DNA of 64,000 nucleotides from a virus (taxonomy: Duplodnaviria > Caudoviricetes), in the IMG/VR virus record IMGVR_UViG_3300037483_000760, positions 1,799-65,798 of that record, one strand, 5' to 3'. The stretch's first letter is position 1. Every line of letters starts with the position of its first letter. Under the pieces are notes generated by a model, which was given only the letters and a program-made list of their open reading frames with translations, was not told the origin of the DNA and did no database searches. Below are positions 54,154-62,672 of the stretch, piece after piece. The position numbers and the translations under genes were made by a program.

Positions 54154-54687
54154 GTGAGCGCCGTCATTTCGTCATGCGGGCTTTATCGCTATCGCCTTGA
54201 GCGAGACTTGGGCCAGATCGGCCCGACGATGGCCTTTGTAATGGTCAACCCATCCACGGCAGACGCCGAGCAGGACGATCCGACCATCCGCAAGTGCATG
54301 GGCTTCGCCCGCAAACACGGCTGCGGCGAGATCGTGGTGGGCAACCTGTTCGCGTTCCGCGCGACCGACGTCAACGCGCTGCGGCGCTGCGCCGATCCGG
54401 TGGGGCCGGACAACGACTGCCACCTCGCGGACATCATGTGGAGCGACGAAATCGTCGTCGCATGGGGCGCGGCGAACAAGCTGCCCGAGATCTTGCGCGG
54501 CCGATGGAAAGAGGTGGTGCGGATCTTCGATGGCCGCCACCCGGAGAGCGGCGAGCGGCGCACAACCCCGCTGCGCTGCCTCGGCACGTGCGATGACGGC
54601 CATCCGAGACACCCGCTGATGCTGGGCTACGACACGCCGCTGGTCGACTGGCCGGTGCCATGGTTTGCCGGACGCAACGCGGCCTAA
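54154..54687 (+). CDS. DUF1643 protein
   Basis: YRYRLER...VMVNPSTADA..DDPTIR.C..FA...NLFA.RATD...AWG...G.PRHPL. Confidence 0.92.
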   Translation: MSAVISSCGLYRYRLERDLGQIGPTMAFVMVNPSTADAEQDDPTIRKCMGFARKHGCGEIVVGNLFAFRATDVNALRRCADPVGPDNDCHLADIMWSDEIVVAWGAANKLPEILRGRWKEVVRIFDGRHPESGERRTTPLRCLGTCDDGHPRHPLMLGYDTPLVDWPVPWFAGRNAA

Positions 54688-54730
54688 CAGAAGACAAGAT
54701 ACAAATTTAACCGACGAATATTCATAAGCG

Positions 54731-55045
54731 ATGACCACCATGCGAGCGATAGATAAGACGGTTAAGTTGTTTGTGACCTCGGTGAAGGAAGCCGTGCCTT
54801 GCGCTAACATTCGAGTGCAGCGTTCGGTAGCAAAACATGGCCGATCAACTTACGTCTACATTGATCTTGATGGTGGATGGCGCCCTTTGAAAGTACGCAT
54901 TTCGGATCACCCTGTCGGGATGCGCCGCGCACTCTCGGGGGATGAGAACTTGTTCGTTCATCATCTAGCAAAGCCTGCAAGCTGGGCCGTATGGGTAAGC
55001 AAGTTGCCGACCCGCGCGGCCCCCGGTCATGGGCAATCAACATAG
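54731..55045 (+). CDS. Hypothetical protein
   Basis: STYVYI...KVRISDH motif. Confidence 0.5.
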   Translation: MTTMRAIDKTVKLFVTSVKEAVPCANIRVQRSVAKHGRSTYVYIDLDGGWRPLKVRISDHPVGMRRALSGDENLFVHHLAKPASWAVWVSKLPTRAAPGHGQST

Positions 55046-55056
55046 TAGGAGCGATC

Positions 55057-55260
55057 ATGGGACGTAAGCGCGCGCTCGGTAAACTGCCTGATCTGAATGA
55101 TGTGCGCTCTGCCATGACAAACGCTCTTTCTCATTTTAGTTTTGAAACAGAAGACATTGATAAGATGGCGAAGGCGGTCAAGCGTATGTATGAGGGGCGC
55201 ATCGCAGAGTGCGCACCGGACTATTACGAGGCGCTGCGCCGTGTAGCGCGGAAAGAATAG
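55057..55260 (+). CDS. Hypothetical protein
   Basis: AGGAG RBS; 67 aa. Confidence 0.5.
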   Translation: MGRKRALGKLPDLNDVRSAMTNALSHFSFETEDIDKMAKAVKRMYEGRIAECAPDYYEALRRVARKE

Positions 55261-55367
55261 GAGGGTGGCAAGATTGGATTGCCCGACACATCTCAAATTC
55301 GGTTATGCCCGCATGCCCCAGCAACGGGGGCGGCGCTTTACGGCATTCACAAGAGATTAACATCAAC

Positions 55368-55745
55368 CTAAGTCAACGTCCCCGGCGCAAAGCAAAAGTC
55401 GGTGCGGTTACCTCCAGTTTCGAGATAGAACCACACGGCATGACCGTTCGGATTGGGCTTTGTCAGCACCATGTAGGCCGGCAACGTGTGGTCGCCTTCT
55501 TTCAGGTGCAGCGTGACCGATCCGTCGCCGTTGAGGGTGTAGCCGCCATCGTAGCGATGCCCGTCGCTTTCGTCACAGCACCATTGCCCTTGCGCATTGC
55601 GCTGTGATTTGTACCAAGCCTGAATTTTCGGATCGGACTTGGCGTATTCAGGCTTCCACTTGGCCTGCGCACCACCCGCCGCGATCCAGACCGCCAACGC
55701 AAGCCCGATGATCACCAGCACGATATAGAGCGGCCATCGCGTCAT
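55368..55745 (-). CDS. Secreted Cys-containing protein
   Basis: Signal/TM segment, then WY...WCCDESD...PNPNGHAVW...CFAPG. Confidence 0.65.
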   Translation of the reverse strand: MTRWPLYIVLVIIGLALAVWIAAGGAQAKWKPEYAKSDPKIQAWYKSQRNAQGQWCCDESDGHRYDGGYTLNGDGSVTLHLKEGDHTLPAYMVLTKPNPNGHAVWFYLETGGNRTDFCFAPGTLT

Positions 55746-56062
55746 GGCCGCTCCTCCGAATAACCCATCACCGCAGGCGGCAGCAGCACCAGACAAATGC
55801 CGGTGTTGACGGCCGCCGCGCTGAGCAGCACCAGCGGATTATACGCACCCATCTCCGGCATGCGCAGGCCGGAACAGAACAACGCGATTGCCATGAGCCC
55901 GAGGACGACGCGTTGGAAACGCTGCGTATGGCGCAGGGCGGTCAGTTCGGCACCGACCACTTGCATCATCATGACCGCGCCGGCCGCCGCCATAAACGAC
56001 ACGGTGGCGTGGTAGACTTGAAGCTGCGGCAGCATGGGGGCGACGAGATCACTTATTGTCAT
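55742..56062 (-). CDS. Membrane protein (3 TM)
   Basis: Hydrophobic profile; coupled. Confidence 0.55.
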   Translation of the reverse strand: MTISDLVAPMLPQLQVYHATVSFMAAAGAVMMMQVVGAELTALRHTQRFQRVVLGLMAIALFCSGLRMPEMGAYNPLVLLSAAAVNTGICLVLLPPAVMGYSEERP

Positions 56063-56372
56063 CGCGCCCCTCCCTGCCGAGGACGGGCAGTTTTCCTTCC
56101 CGCACAAATCTGATGGCGCGTCCTATTCCGGCGAAGGTGAACATCCCAAACAGGCACCCGGCAACGCCGCGAACGCCGTTGCCGGCCGGCAGAAAACCGA
56201 CCAGATATTCCGTGCCGAAATAAGCAGCGATCAGCCCCGTCGTTACAATGCCGAGCGCCTGCCAGCGCCCGACCTTCGGATGTCCAAACAAGGCCAGAAT
56301 CGAACCGGCGAAAGCGGCCACAAGATCGAGGGCGCGCTGCGGATCGAAAATGCCGTCGCCGGGCGGGGTCAT
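56049..56372 (-). CDS. Holin-like membrane protein
   Basis: 107 aa with three TM helices and a charged C-terminus. Confidence 0.55.
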   Translation of the reverse strand: MTPPGDGIFDPQRALDLVAAFAGSILALFGHPKVGRWQALGIVTTGLIAAYFGTEYLVGFLPAGNGVRGVAGCLFGMFTFAGIGRAIRFVREGKLPVLGREGRDDNK

Positions 56373-56569
56373 GACAGCCCCCCTGCCGGCACCGCACCAT
56401 ACTCTACTACCGAAGATATGTGTTCAATTGTGAACACACGCCAGACGGAACTATGGTTAGAATATGGTGCCGCCATCATGCTTACCTCATGGTGGTGAGG
56501 GCGTTAGGCCCTCGGGTCCTTCGTCCTGCCTCGGCCGGGCGCTGTAACCGTCCGGTCGGGGTGCGTGTT

Positions 56570-56839
56570 TCAACGATTTACTTTTGTTTTCAGCCTACCC
56601 TTACAGTCAAAACACGATAATTCGGCGCATACACATTTGGCTTTAAGCCAGTTGCACTCGGGGCACGTGCCGCGCCGCCAGCAAGAAAACCGCCATAGAG
56701 GGCCGTTGAGCTTTCGACGAACTGACTCGCAGATAATGCAAATGAATAAGACGGGGAGAAGCGGCCAAAATATCGGGAACAGAAGGCACGTAAAAATCGC
56801 CTTCTCGTTCTCTGACATTGAACCTCTATGCATCGTCAT
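56570..56839 (-). CDS. Small membrane protein with a Cys-rich tail
   Basis: TM helix, then CPEC...CVC...CFDC. Confidence 0.45.
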   Translation of the reverse strand: MTMHRGSMSENEKAIFTCLLFPIFWPLLPVLFICIICESVRRKLNGPLWRFSCWRRGTCPECNWLKAKCVCAELSCFDCKGRLKTKVNR

Positions 56840-56892
56840 GGCCGCTACCCTCTATTGTCATTCATGCTTGTGTGGTTAAGACACGCACAGCC

Positions 56893-57252
56893 CTACAGCT
56901 TGTGTGTGCCTTCAACACCACGAGCCATGCGCGCCTTGGTGCGCAATTTCAGCGCATCCAATGCCTCGATGGAATGTGTGAGCGCGGCGGCGTTCTCCGG
57001 GCAAGCAAACGGCCCGGCCTGGAAACAGCGCAGGCGATCTATCACAATCGCCAGCAGAACCTCTTGCGTGACGCCGTTGACACCGGCCTCTGCAATCGGG
57101 CCGTTTTGGAAACGCACATCCAGACCGTTCTCAGTGCCATCTACGTCCACTGCATAATGATGGTGCGCGCCGCCCGCGCCTGGTTCATCCATGACGCTGA
57201 TTTCAATTCGGTCGTTTGTCGGGTTGGCGATGTGGTCGGTAATTTTTCGCAT
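56893..57252 (-). CDS. tad1: Tad1-family anti-defence (cyclic nucleotide sponge) homologue
   Basis: GAGGAHHHY, RFQNGP, LLAIVIDRLRCFQAGPFACPENAAALTH..EAL, R..RGVEGT match the Tad1 pattern ([46 protein letters not shown]) as recalled. Confidence 0.75.
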   Translation of the reverse strand: MRKITDHIANPTNDRIEISVMDEPGAGGAHHHYAVDVDGTENGLDVRFQNGPIAEAGVNGVTQEVLLAIVIDRLRCFQAGPFACPENAAALTHSIEALDALKLRTKARMARGVEGTHKL

Positions 57253-57339
57253 TTTCGTGTCCTCCTAGATGTAGTGGGTTTCAGGGATTGTGTGTCTTAA
57301 CCGAACAAGCGTGTTGTCATTCAAGGTTACGATTGTTCC

Positions 57340-57492
57340 CTACAGTCTACCGAGCAGCACCAAGATCACGACGATGACCAGCACAAGGCCAAGGCCACCA
57401 TTGAGTCCGTGACCGTAACCAAATCCGCCCGTGCCGAAGCCGCCGAGCAAAACGACAATCAGAAGAATGACGAGGATGAGTCCTAGCGACAT
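57340..57492 (-). CDS. DUF3309 family small membrane protein
   Basis: MSLGLILVILLIVVLLGGF...GGLGLVLVIVVILVLLGRL; GGAG RBS. Not in the ORF track. Confidence 0.8.
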   Translation of the reverse strand: MSLGLILVILLIVVLLGGFGTGGFGYGHGLNGGLGLVLVIVVILVLLGRL

Positions 57493-57505
57493 GGTTGATC
57501 TCCAG

Positions 57506-57976
57506 TTAGGTGCCTTGTATTTCCGTGTGAAGAGTGCCGCGCTCGATTAGCGTCGATTGCAGTTCAGCAATTTTTGCCCTCGTGGCCTCGACCGCCGCCA
57601 GCGTTTCTACACTTGGTTCCTTTCCCGTCGCTCGCTTTAATTCGATCACTTCAAGCATCATCGCCAGTTCGCGCGTCGTAGCATCAAATTCCGACTGTAT
57701 CGCCGCCGTCATGTTGCTGTTCACGAGCGTGTGTATTTCGTCGAGCTTCTCATTTGCCCGCTCTGCTGTGTCTGCAACTTTTTTGTTTGCTTCAAGCAGC
57801 AACTTCGCCGCCTCGCGCGCTTGCCGGGCTACCTCCGCCCGTTCCGCCTGGTCCTGGAGCCGCTCCGCCAGTTTGTTCCGGTTTGCCTGCCACAGCAGAA
57901 GCCACGGCGAGAGCGCGCCAGTCACCACACCGCCAACGGCGGCGATCATAGCAATCCAGATTGCTTCGTTTACCAT
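57506..57976 (-). CDS. N-terminal TM plus coiled-coil protein (lysis region)
   Basis: TM helix, then heptads; IHTLVNS motif. Confidence 0.6.
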   Translation of the reverse strand: MVNEAIWIAMIAAVGGVVTGALSPWLLLWQANRNKLAERLQDQAERAEVARQAREAAKLLLEANKKVADTAERANEKLDEIHTLVNSNMTAAIQSEFDATTRELAMMLEVIELKRATGKEPSVETLAAVEATRAKIAELQSTLIERGTLHTEIQGT

Positions 57977-58004
57977 CCGCGCGGCCTCTTGCGATGCCCG
58001 TGCT

Positions 58005-58442
58005 TTAACTTTTCGGAGGGGGTGGCTGTTTAGGCCGCCTGATCGCCACGGCACCGCCGCCGACCAGCAAGACGAGCAATCCATAGCACCACTCAAGCAG
58101 TACATCGCTAGCCGGCGGAAAGCTGCCGCCGTATTTCCAGACGATGAACGGCACGGCCCATTGATACCAGAACAGAACGAACGCCTGCGACAGTGTCACC
58201 ACGGCATAGACAACGCGCACGAGCGGCGAGAACTTCAAAACCTCCGAAAACGCCGCGTAGGTCTTGGCCACCATCTCGGCATTGGCCTGTTCGACCTTGG
58301 TTGCTTCCTGCATGGCGATGACGGACAACTGGTTGGCCAGTTCGGCAAGCGTGATCTGCTTCTGCTGGTAACGCTCGAACAGGCCCGCGCCTTCCTTGAA
58401 GATCGCGCCGATCACGGCCGGGGCGAAAAGGGCTGCCAACAT
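58005..58442 (-). CDS. Holin-like protein (3TM gene-transfer-release type)
   Basis: Amphipathic N-terminus, coiled coil and two C-terminal TM helices. Confidence 0.55.
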   Translation of the reverse strand: MLAALFAPAVIGAIFKEGAGLFERYQQKQITLAELANQLSVIAMQEATKVEQANAEMVAKTYAAFSEVLKFSPLVRVVYAVVTLSQAFVLFWYQWAVPFIVWKYGGSFPPASDVLLEWCYGLLVLLVGGGAVAIRRPKQPPPPKS

Positions 58443-58443
58443 C

Positions 58444-58785
58444 TCAGGCGCTCCGGTTGCGGGCGAATTCGGTCACGATCATGACCCCAATCATGACAAC
58501 GGTTACGGTCTGCGGATCGAAGTTGGCCCTGATGAATTCGGCCACTTCCGGCGCTCCCAACATGGGCGCAAGACCGATGATGGCGGCAATGACCGATCCG
58601 ACGATGCCGACGACGCGCGCCCAGAGCTTCGTTGCCGAGCCGGAGCCGGCCGCCCATAGCCGTTCCCACGGTTTCCACTCGCCGGGTTCCGCCGCAATCT
58701 CGCGATAGCTCGCATAGAACAGATAGCCGTAGTAGAGAACGGCCGCCGCCGCGATCAGCGAAATGACAAGATGCACGATGCTCAT
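58444..58785 (-). CDS. Membrane protein (lysis region)
   Basis: Three hydrophobic segments; AGGAGA RBS. Confidence 0.6.
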   Translation of the reverse strand: MSIVHLVISLIAAAAVLYYGYLFYASYREIAAEPGEWKPWERLWAAGSGSATKLWARVVGIVGSVIAAIIGLAPMLGAPEVAEFIRANFDPQTVTVVMIGVMIVTEFARNRSA

Positions 58786-58804
58786 GGTGGTGCTTTCTCC
58801 TCTT

Positions 58805-59122
58805 TTATTCGGTGTAACCACGCGGCCAGCGGAATCCATAACCCCATCGCCAGGATGTGGGGCTCAGCGGGTAACCGCCGATGCGAACCGCGCACCACAT
58901 CAGAAATGCGAAGATCGGATGGCCGTTTTCGACGACGCCGGCCATCAGTTTTCGATCTGCACGGCGACGATCATTCGCTGAACCGCCGGCCCAATAGGCG
59001 CGGTCATGTTCGACACAGAGATCGTTCCAAGGCGGATCGCGTCGGAAAACTTGACGCCACGCCCATGTCATCCCACCCGAACATCCGTCCGTGGTGAATG
59101 GGTAGTCATTCATAGAGATCAA
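58805..59122 (-). CDS. Phospholipase A2-like small protein
   Basis: FTTDGCS...CVEHDRAYW.GG...RR.AD..L...V...AVRIGG contains a PLA2-type C-x-x-H-D motif. Confidence 0.55.
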   Translation of the reverse strand: MISMNDYPFTTDGCSGGMTWAWRQVFRRDPPWNDLCVEHDRAYWAGGSANDRRRADRKLMAGVVENGHPIFAFLMWCAVRIGGYPLSPTSWRWGYGFRWPRGYTE

Positions 59123-59860
59123 TCAATCCCTCTTGCTGATCTTGTGAAAGGCGACAAAGGCCACGACGGCGACGGCCACGACAATCAACGCGATGCCCCA
59201 CCACGGCAGCCCGGCTTGGTAGGTGGCGCCGCCGGCAACAAGAGCCGCCGCGCCGGACGCGCCGCCGTTGGTGGTTGCCGGTATGGCATCCTTTTGGGCC
59301 TTGCCTGTGCTTACGTTCTTGCTCGCTTCCGGGATGGCCTGCGGCTTTTCCGCCATCGCCAGCGAGATCGACCGGCATTCGGAAACCCGCCGCCCCCAGC
59401 CCTTGCCGAACACCGGCCATGTCTTGAGCCGCTTGAGGAAGGCGATACGCTCATCGCAAATGCCGTTGATGATATCCGTAGGCTTTTTGGCTTCGACCGC
59501 GCGCATGGTCTGAGGTCCTAGCGCGCCATCGGCTTTAACGCCGACGACCCGTTGCAACACCTTCTTTGAGCGCCCGATGCCGGAATTCACGCCGTAGTCG
59601 AACACGGCGTAATCGACGCCAGCCGGCAACTCGTCGCAAGCTTGCGCGTCCCAATACTTGGCGCGGTAGATGCGCTTGGCCTCACTGACTTTCATGGCCT
59701 TGACGTCGGCAGCCGTCGCATTCGGATTTACGAACTGCCGGTAGACATGGATGGTGATGCCGAAATTGGTCGGCCCGCCGGGATCGGAGGGGTGATTGGA
59801 ATAGCCGCCCTCGTGCGAAAGCAGCCGCGTGAGCGCGGATTCGTAGGTCCACGTTGCCAT
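59123..59860 (-). CDS. Endolysin, glycoside hydrolase family 108 plus PG-binding domain, with C-terminal TM
   Basis: HEGGYSNHPSDPGGPTNFGIT, IYRAKYW, FDYGVNSG, FGKGWGRR, and hydrophobic C-terminal helices. Confidence 0.92.
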   Translation of the reverse strand: MATWTYESALTRLLSHEGGYSNHPSDPGGPTNFGITIHVYRQFVNPNATAADVKAMKVSEAKRIYRAKYWDAQACDELPAGVDYAVFDYGVNSGIGRSKKVLQRVVGVKADGALGPQTMRAVEAKKPTDIINGICDERIAFLKRLKTWPVFGKGWGRRVSECRSISLAMAEKPQAIPEASKNVSTGKAQKDAIPATTNGGASGAAALVAGGATYQAGLPWWGIALIVVAVAVVAFVAFHKISKRD

Positions 59861-59957
59861 GATGGCTCCAAGATTGGTTCTGATTTAGGAACATAGTCAG
59901 TAGCGGGTTCACTCAAGGCGTGCTAAGGTTCTCGGCTGCACGTATGTGAGTTTAGCC

Positions 59958-60989
59958 ATGACGACCGTCATCCCCGGCCTACAGAAAGTATTGAGCGAAC
60001 CTGAATTAAGTGTGCTTATTGAAAAGAGCATCACCGCCAAGGGAGACAAGAGCGACAGAAAACAAGTGCGCGCGCAGCGGCGCGAACGTCAGGTACATTA
60101 TCAATCCACCCTTGCCGAGCGATTTGCAGACCCGCGATGGGCCGACTTGTTTGCCGGCGACAGGTTTCTTTTAATCGACGGCGGTGCTACCGGCGGGCTC
60201 GAAAAAGAGTGGCTGCCGGCGGGGCCGCTTTTGAAGGTGGCCGCGATTGAGCCGCGCGCTGACAAGTTCGGCCCGCGCTATCTTGACGCTGAATTTGAGA
60301 CGATCTTGATCGAGGCTGCGCTAGATCGGACGGCCGGCGAGCGCGGCTTTTATCTCAACGGATCAATGTCGTCATTTCTCTTGCCCGATGGTGCGGCGTG
60401 GCGGAACCTGGGATTTACAGACCGGCTCGATTGGGTCCAGAGCACCACAGTCAAAACAACCACACTTGACAATATAGTGCGCGACAACGGTTTGAAGTTC
60501 GTCGATTTTATAAAACTGGATACGCAAGGGACCGAACTGGACATTCTCAAGGGAGGTCCACGCACGGTCGCCAGCATGGCAGCCGGAATGCGAATCGAAA
60601 TGCTGTTCACACCCCTTTATGAAGGGCAGCCGCTTTTCGCAGACGTGGACTCCTATACCCGCGCGCAAGGGTTTGAGTTAATCGACCTTGTGCATGTGCT
60701 TCGATATCCGCAATGCGACACGGGCGGGCTTGATGTGTCGGCATCGGCGGACAGAGTTGTTGTTGCCGATGGTCTCTATTTCAGAACACCGGCTTGGGTT
60801 GCCGAGCATATCAAGCCGCTTCCCATGCCCGACCGCATCCGATATATGGCCGGCGCCGTTGTCGGGTGCATGGTCTATCAGCACCTCGGGCAGGCCGCGC
60901 GATATCTACATGCCTCAGGCGAATTGCTACCGCGCGATAGCCGGTTACTGGTGACGGAACTTGTTTTTGCGCCAGCCGATCGGCGCTAG
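59958..60989 (+). CDS. FkbM-family SAM-dependent methyltransferase (moron)
   Basis: IDGGATGG, AAIEP, SSFLLP, TTLD, FIKLDTQGTELDILKGG, EMLF.PLYEGQPLFADVD. Confidence 0.88.
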   Translation: MTTVIPGLQKVLSEPELSVLIEKSITAKGDKSDRKQVRAQRRERQVHYQSTLAERFADPRWADLFAGDRFLLIDGGATGGLEKEWLPAGPLLKVAAIEPRADKFGPRYLDAEFETILIEAALDRTAGERGFYLNGSMSSFLLPDGAAWRNLGFTDRLDWVQSTTVKTTTLDNIVRDNGLKFVDFIKLDTQGTELDILKGGPRTVASMAAGMRIEMLFTPLYEGQPLFADVDSYTRAQGFELIDLVHVLRYPQCDTGGLDVSASADRVVVADGLYFRTPAWVAEHIKPLPMPDRIRYMAGAVVGCMVYQHLGQAARYLHASGELLPRDSRLLVTELVFAPADRR

Positions 60990-61483
60990 ACAGGCCAGCC
61001 GCCATTGCCGTCAATCGTTCCAGCATCAAGATCAATCGAATGTCCGCCGTCTAGAAAAGCCGCCTTCATTTGAGCGAGCCGCGTTGTAACGGCGGTCTTG
61101 TAGGTGGTCCAATCGCCGTTGTTCTTCTCGACTATTTTTTCCCAGATGAGAGATTGTGATTTTTCCTTGGCCATCTGCGCAAGCGTGGCGTTGTCCGGCA
61201 ACTCGAATTGTCGCGTGGCGACCATCCAATCGTTTTCCGAATCATATGTTGCTACCGGCTCTCCAGCCTGCCTATGCAACGGCGTCGGTGGATCGCCATC
61301 CAGCTTGCGCGGCAGCACCTTGAATACACGTTCGGCGGCGGAGTCCGTGGTGAGCCCCGCTTTGTCAAAATCAACGGTGCCGCCTGTCGGCAAGGTAATG
61401 CGCGACGGCAAGTCAATCCGCTCGATTTCGACAGGCGTTGTGTCGCCTGTTATTTCCACCAAACTATAAGCGTCATCTATCAT
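60986..61483 (-). CDS. Tail-fibre-associated protein (DUF4376-like C-terminus possible)
   Basis: 165 aa, downstream of the fibre cluster. Confidence 0.5.
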   Translation of the reverse strand: MIDDAYSLVEITGDTTPVEIERIDLPSRITLPTGGTVDFDKAGLTTDSAAERVFKVLPRKLDGDPPTPLHRQAGEPVATYDSENDWMVATRQFELPDNATLAQMAKEKSQSLIWEKIVEKNNGDWTTYKTAVTTRLAQMKAAFLDGGHSIDLDAGTIDGNGGWPV

Positions 61484-61496
61484 CGCCGGTCATCCA

Positions 61497-62024
61497 TCAA
61501 AAGGTTAGCGGAGTTTCGTAGAATTCCAATTCTGCCACTTGCATGCCGTTTGACGCGCCGGCCGCGAGGTAAATCCACACATACCGATAGGCGGATGCGT
61601 TGACGATATCGAGCTTCGATATCAAAAGGCTGTTGGCATCGGTGCCGCCGTTGATCGAGGCGAGTTGTGTGCCGTCGCCAGACGCCTCGGTGGTGTTGGT
61701 CGGAGCCGCCGTGTTGCTTGCTCGCACAATGAGCGGGACAGTGGGATTATTGTTCTGATAGAAACCTTGATCGTTCGAGCCCCACGCCTTGACGCCCGTG
61801 ATGATCTTCGCGTTGCCGGCGCCGTAGTCTTTACCGAGGAAGAATGGCGTTGTGTCGGCCTCACATATAGCCGAAGCAGCGCGCGCTTGATCGTTATTGC
61901 CATCGAAGGCAGCCGACACCGTCGTTCCGACATCGTTCGCAAACGCGGTCCCCGCGCCCTGACTGATAAGCGCCTGCGAACCAATCCGCCGTATGGGATG
62001 AACAAATGGGAATGGAAATGTCAT
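61497..62024 (-). CDS. Discoidin/F5-8-like beta-sandwich fibre-tip or receptor-binding protein
   Basis: AAFDGN...LGKDYG...ITGVK...YRYVWI...VAELEFY. Confidence 0.6.
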   Translation of the reverse strand: MTFPFPFVHPIRRIGSQALISQGAGTAFANDVGTTVSAAFDGNNDQARAASAICEADTTPFFLGKDYGAGNAKIITGVKAWGSNDQGFYQNNNPTVPLIVRASNTAAPTNTTEASGDGTQLASINGGTDANSLLISKLDIVNASAYRYVWIYLAAGASNGMQVAELEFYETPLTF

Positions 62025-62650
62025 TGCAACTTCACCACCGTAAGCAACGAAAATCCATTTATTTTTGTGATGTAAAAAAGAAAGTCGTGCCCATCCGTTG
62101 TGGTGATGGTGTCACCCGCCACCCTCGTAAAGCCTGACGTGGTGATTGCGCCCGCGCTGGCGTTGTTCGTGTACTGAATGACAATGCTGCAATCGTTCGT
62201 CGGCGGGGCGAGCGTATGCGCGCCGCCATTGACCGCCTTTTGCAAATTGCCATCAGCTTCATCCGGGGTAAACGTCCCACTTGATTTGGTGCCAGCGTCG
62301 TGCGTGGTTGCCGCAAAGCCGCCGGTCAGGGTTTTGTTGCCCTCCGTTGTAACTTGCTTGCTGGCCGGCACATCGTTCGTCACATCAATCGTGCCGGGGG
62401 ACCACGCCACCTCGCTGGTGCCGTTCGATCCCTCGATCACGGTGTCAACGACAAGCACCGCCGCAGCGCTCAGGTGACACGTCGCATGCATATACTCCCC
62501 GGGCGCATCCTGGTTGATAAAATGCGCATCGAATAAATCGGTGCCGCCCGTGCCGAAGGCGGTATTGAATGATTTGGCAACCGCTGTCAGCGTATAGGGC
62601 GACGCCGTGTCGGTCGTTGTCTCCCATACCATGGATGCGGGTTCTGGCAT
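62021..62650 (-). CDS. Tail fibre-like protein
   Basis: 209 aa, Thr/Gly-rich and beta-rich. Confidence 0.6.
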   Translation of the reverse strand: MPEPASMVWETTTDTASPYTLTAVAKSFNTAFGTGGTDLFDAHFINQDAPGEYMHATCHLSAAAVLVVDTVIEGSNGTSEVAWSPGTIDVTNDVPASKQVTTEGNKTLTGGFAATTHDAGTKSSGTFTPDEADGNLQKAVNGGAHTLAPPTNDCSIVIQYTNNASAGAITTSGFTRVAGDTITTTDGHDFLFYITKINGFSLLTVVKLQ

Positions 62651-62672
62651 TTCAGTTTTTCCCGATGTTCAC

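Noticed and set aside
56490-56570. Possible minus-strand tRNA ending in CCACCA
   Set aside because: Two hairpins are present, but no acceptor stem or T-loop consensus can be formed.
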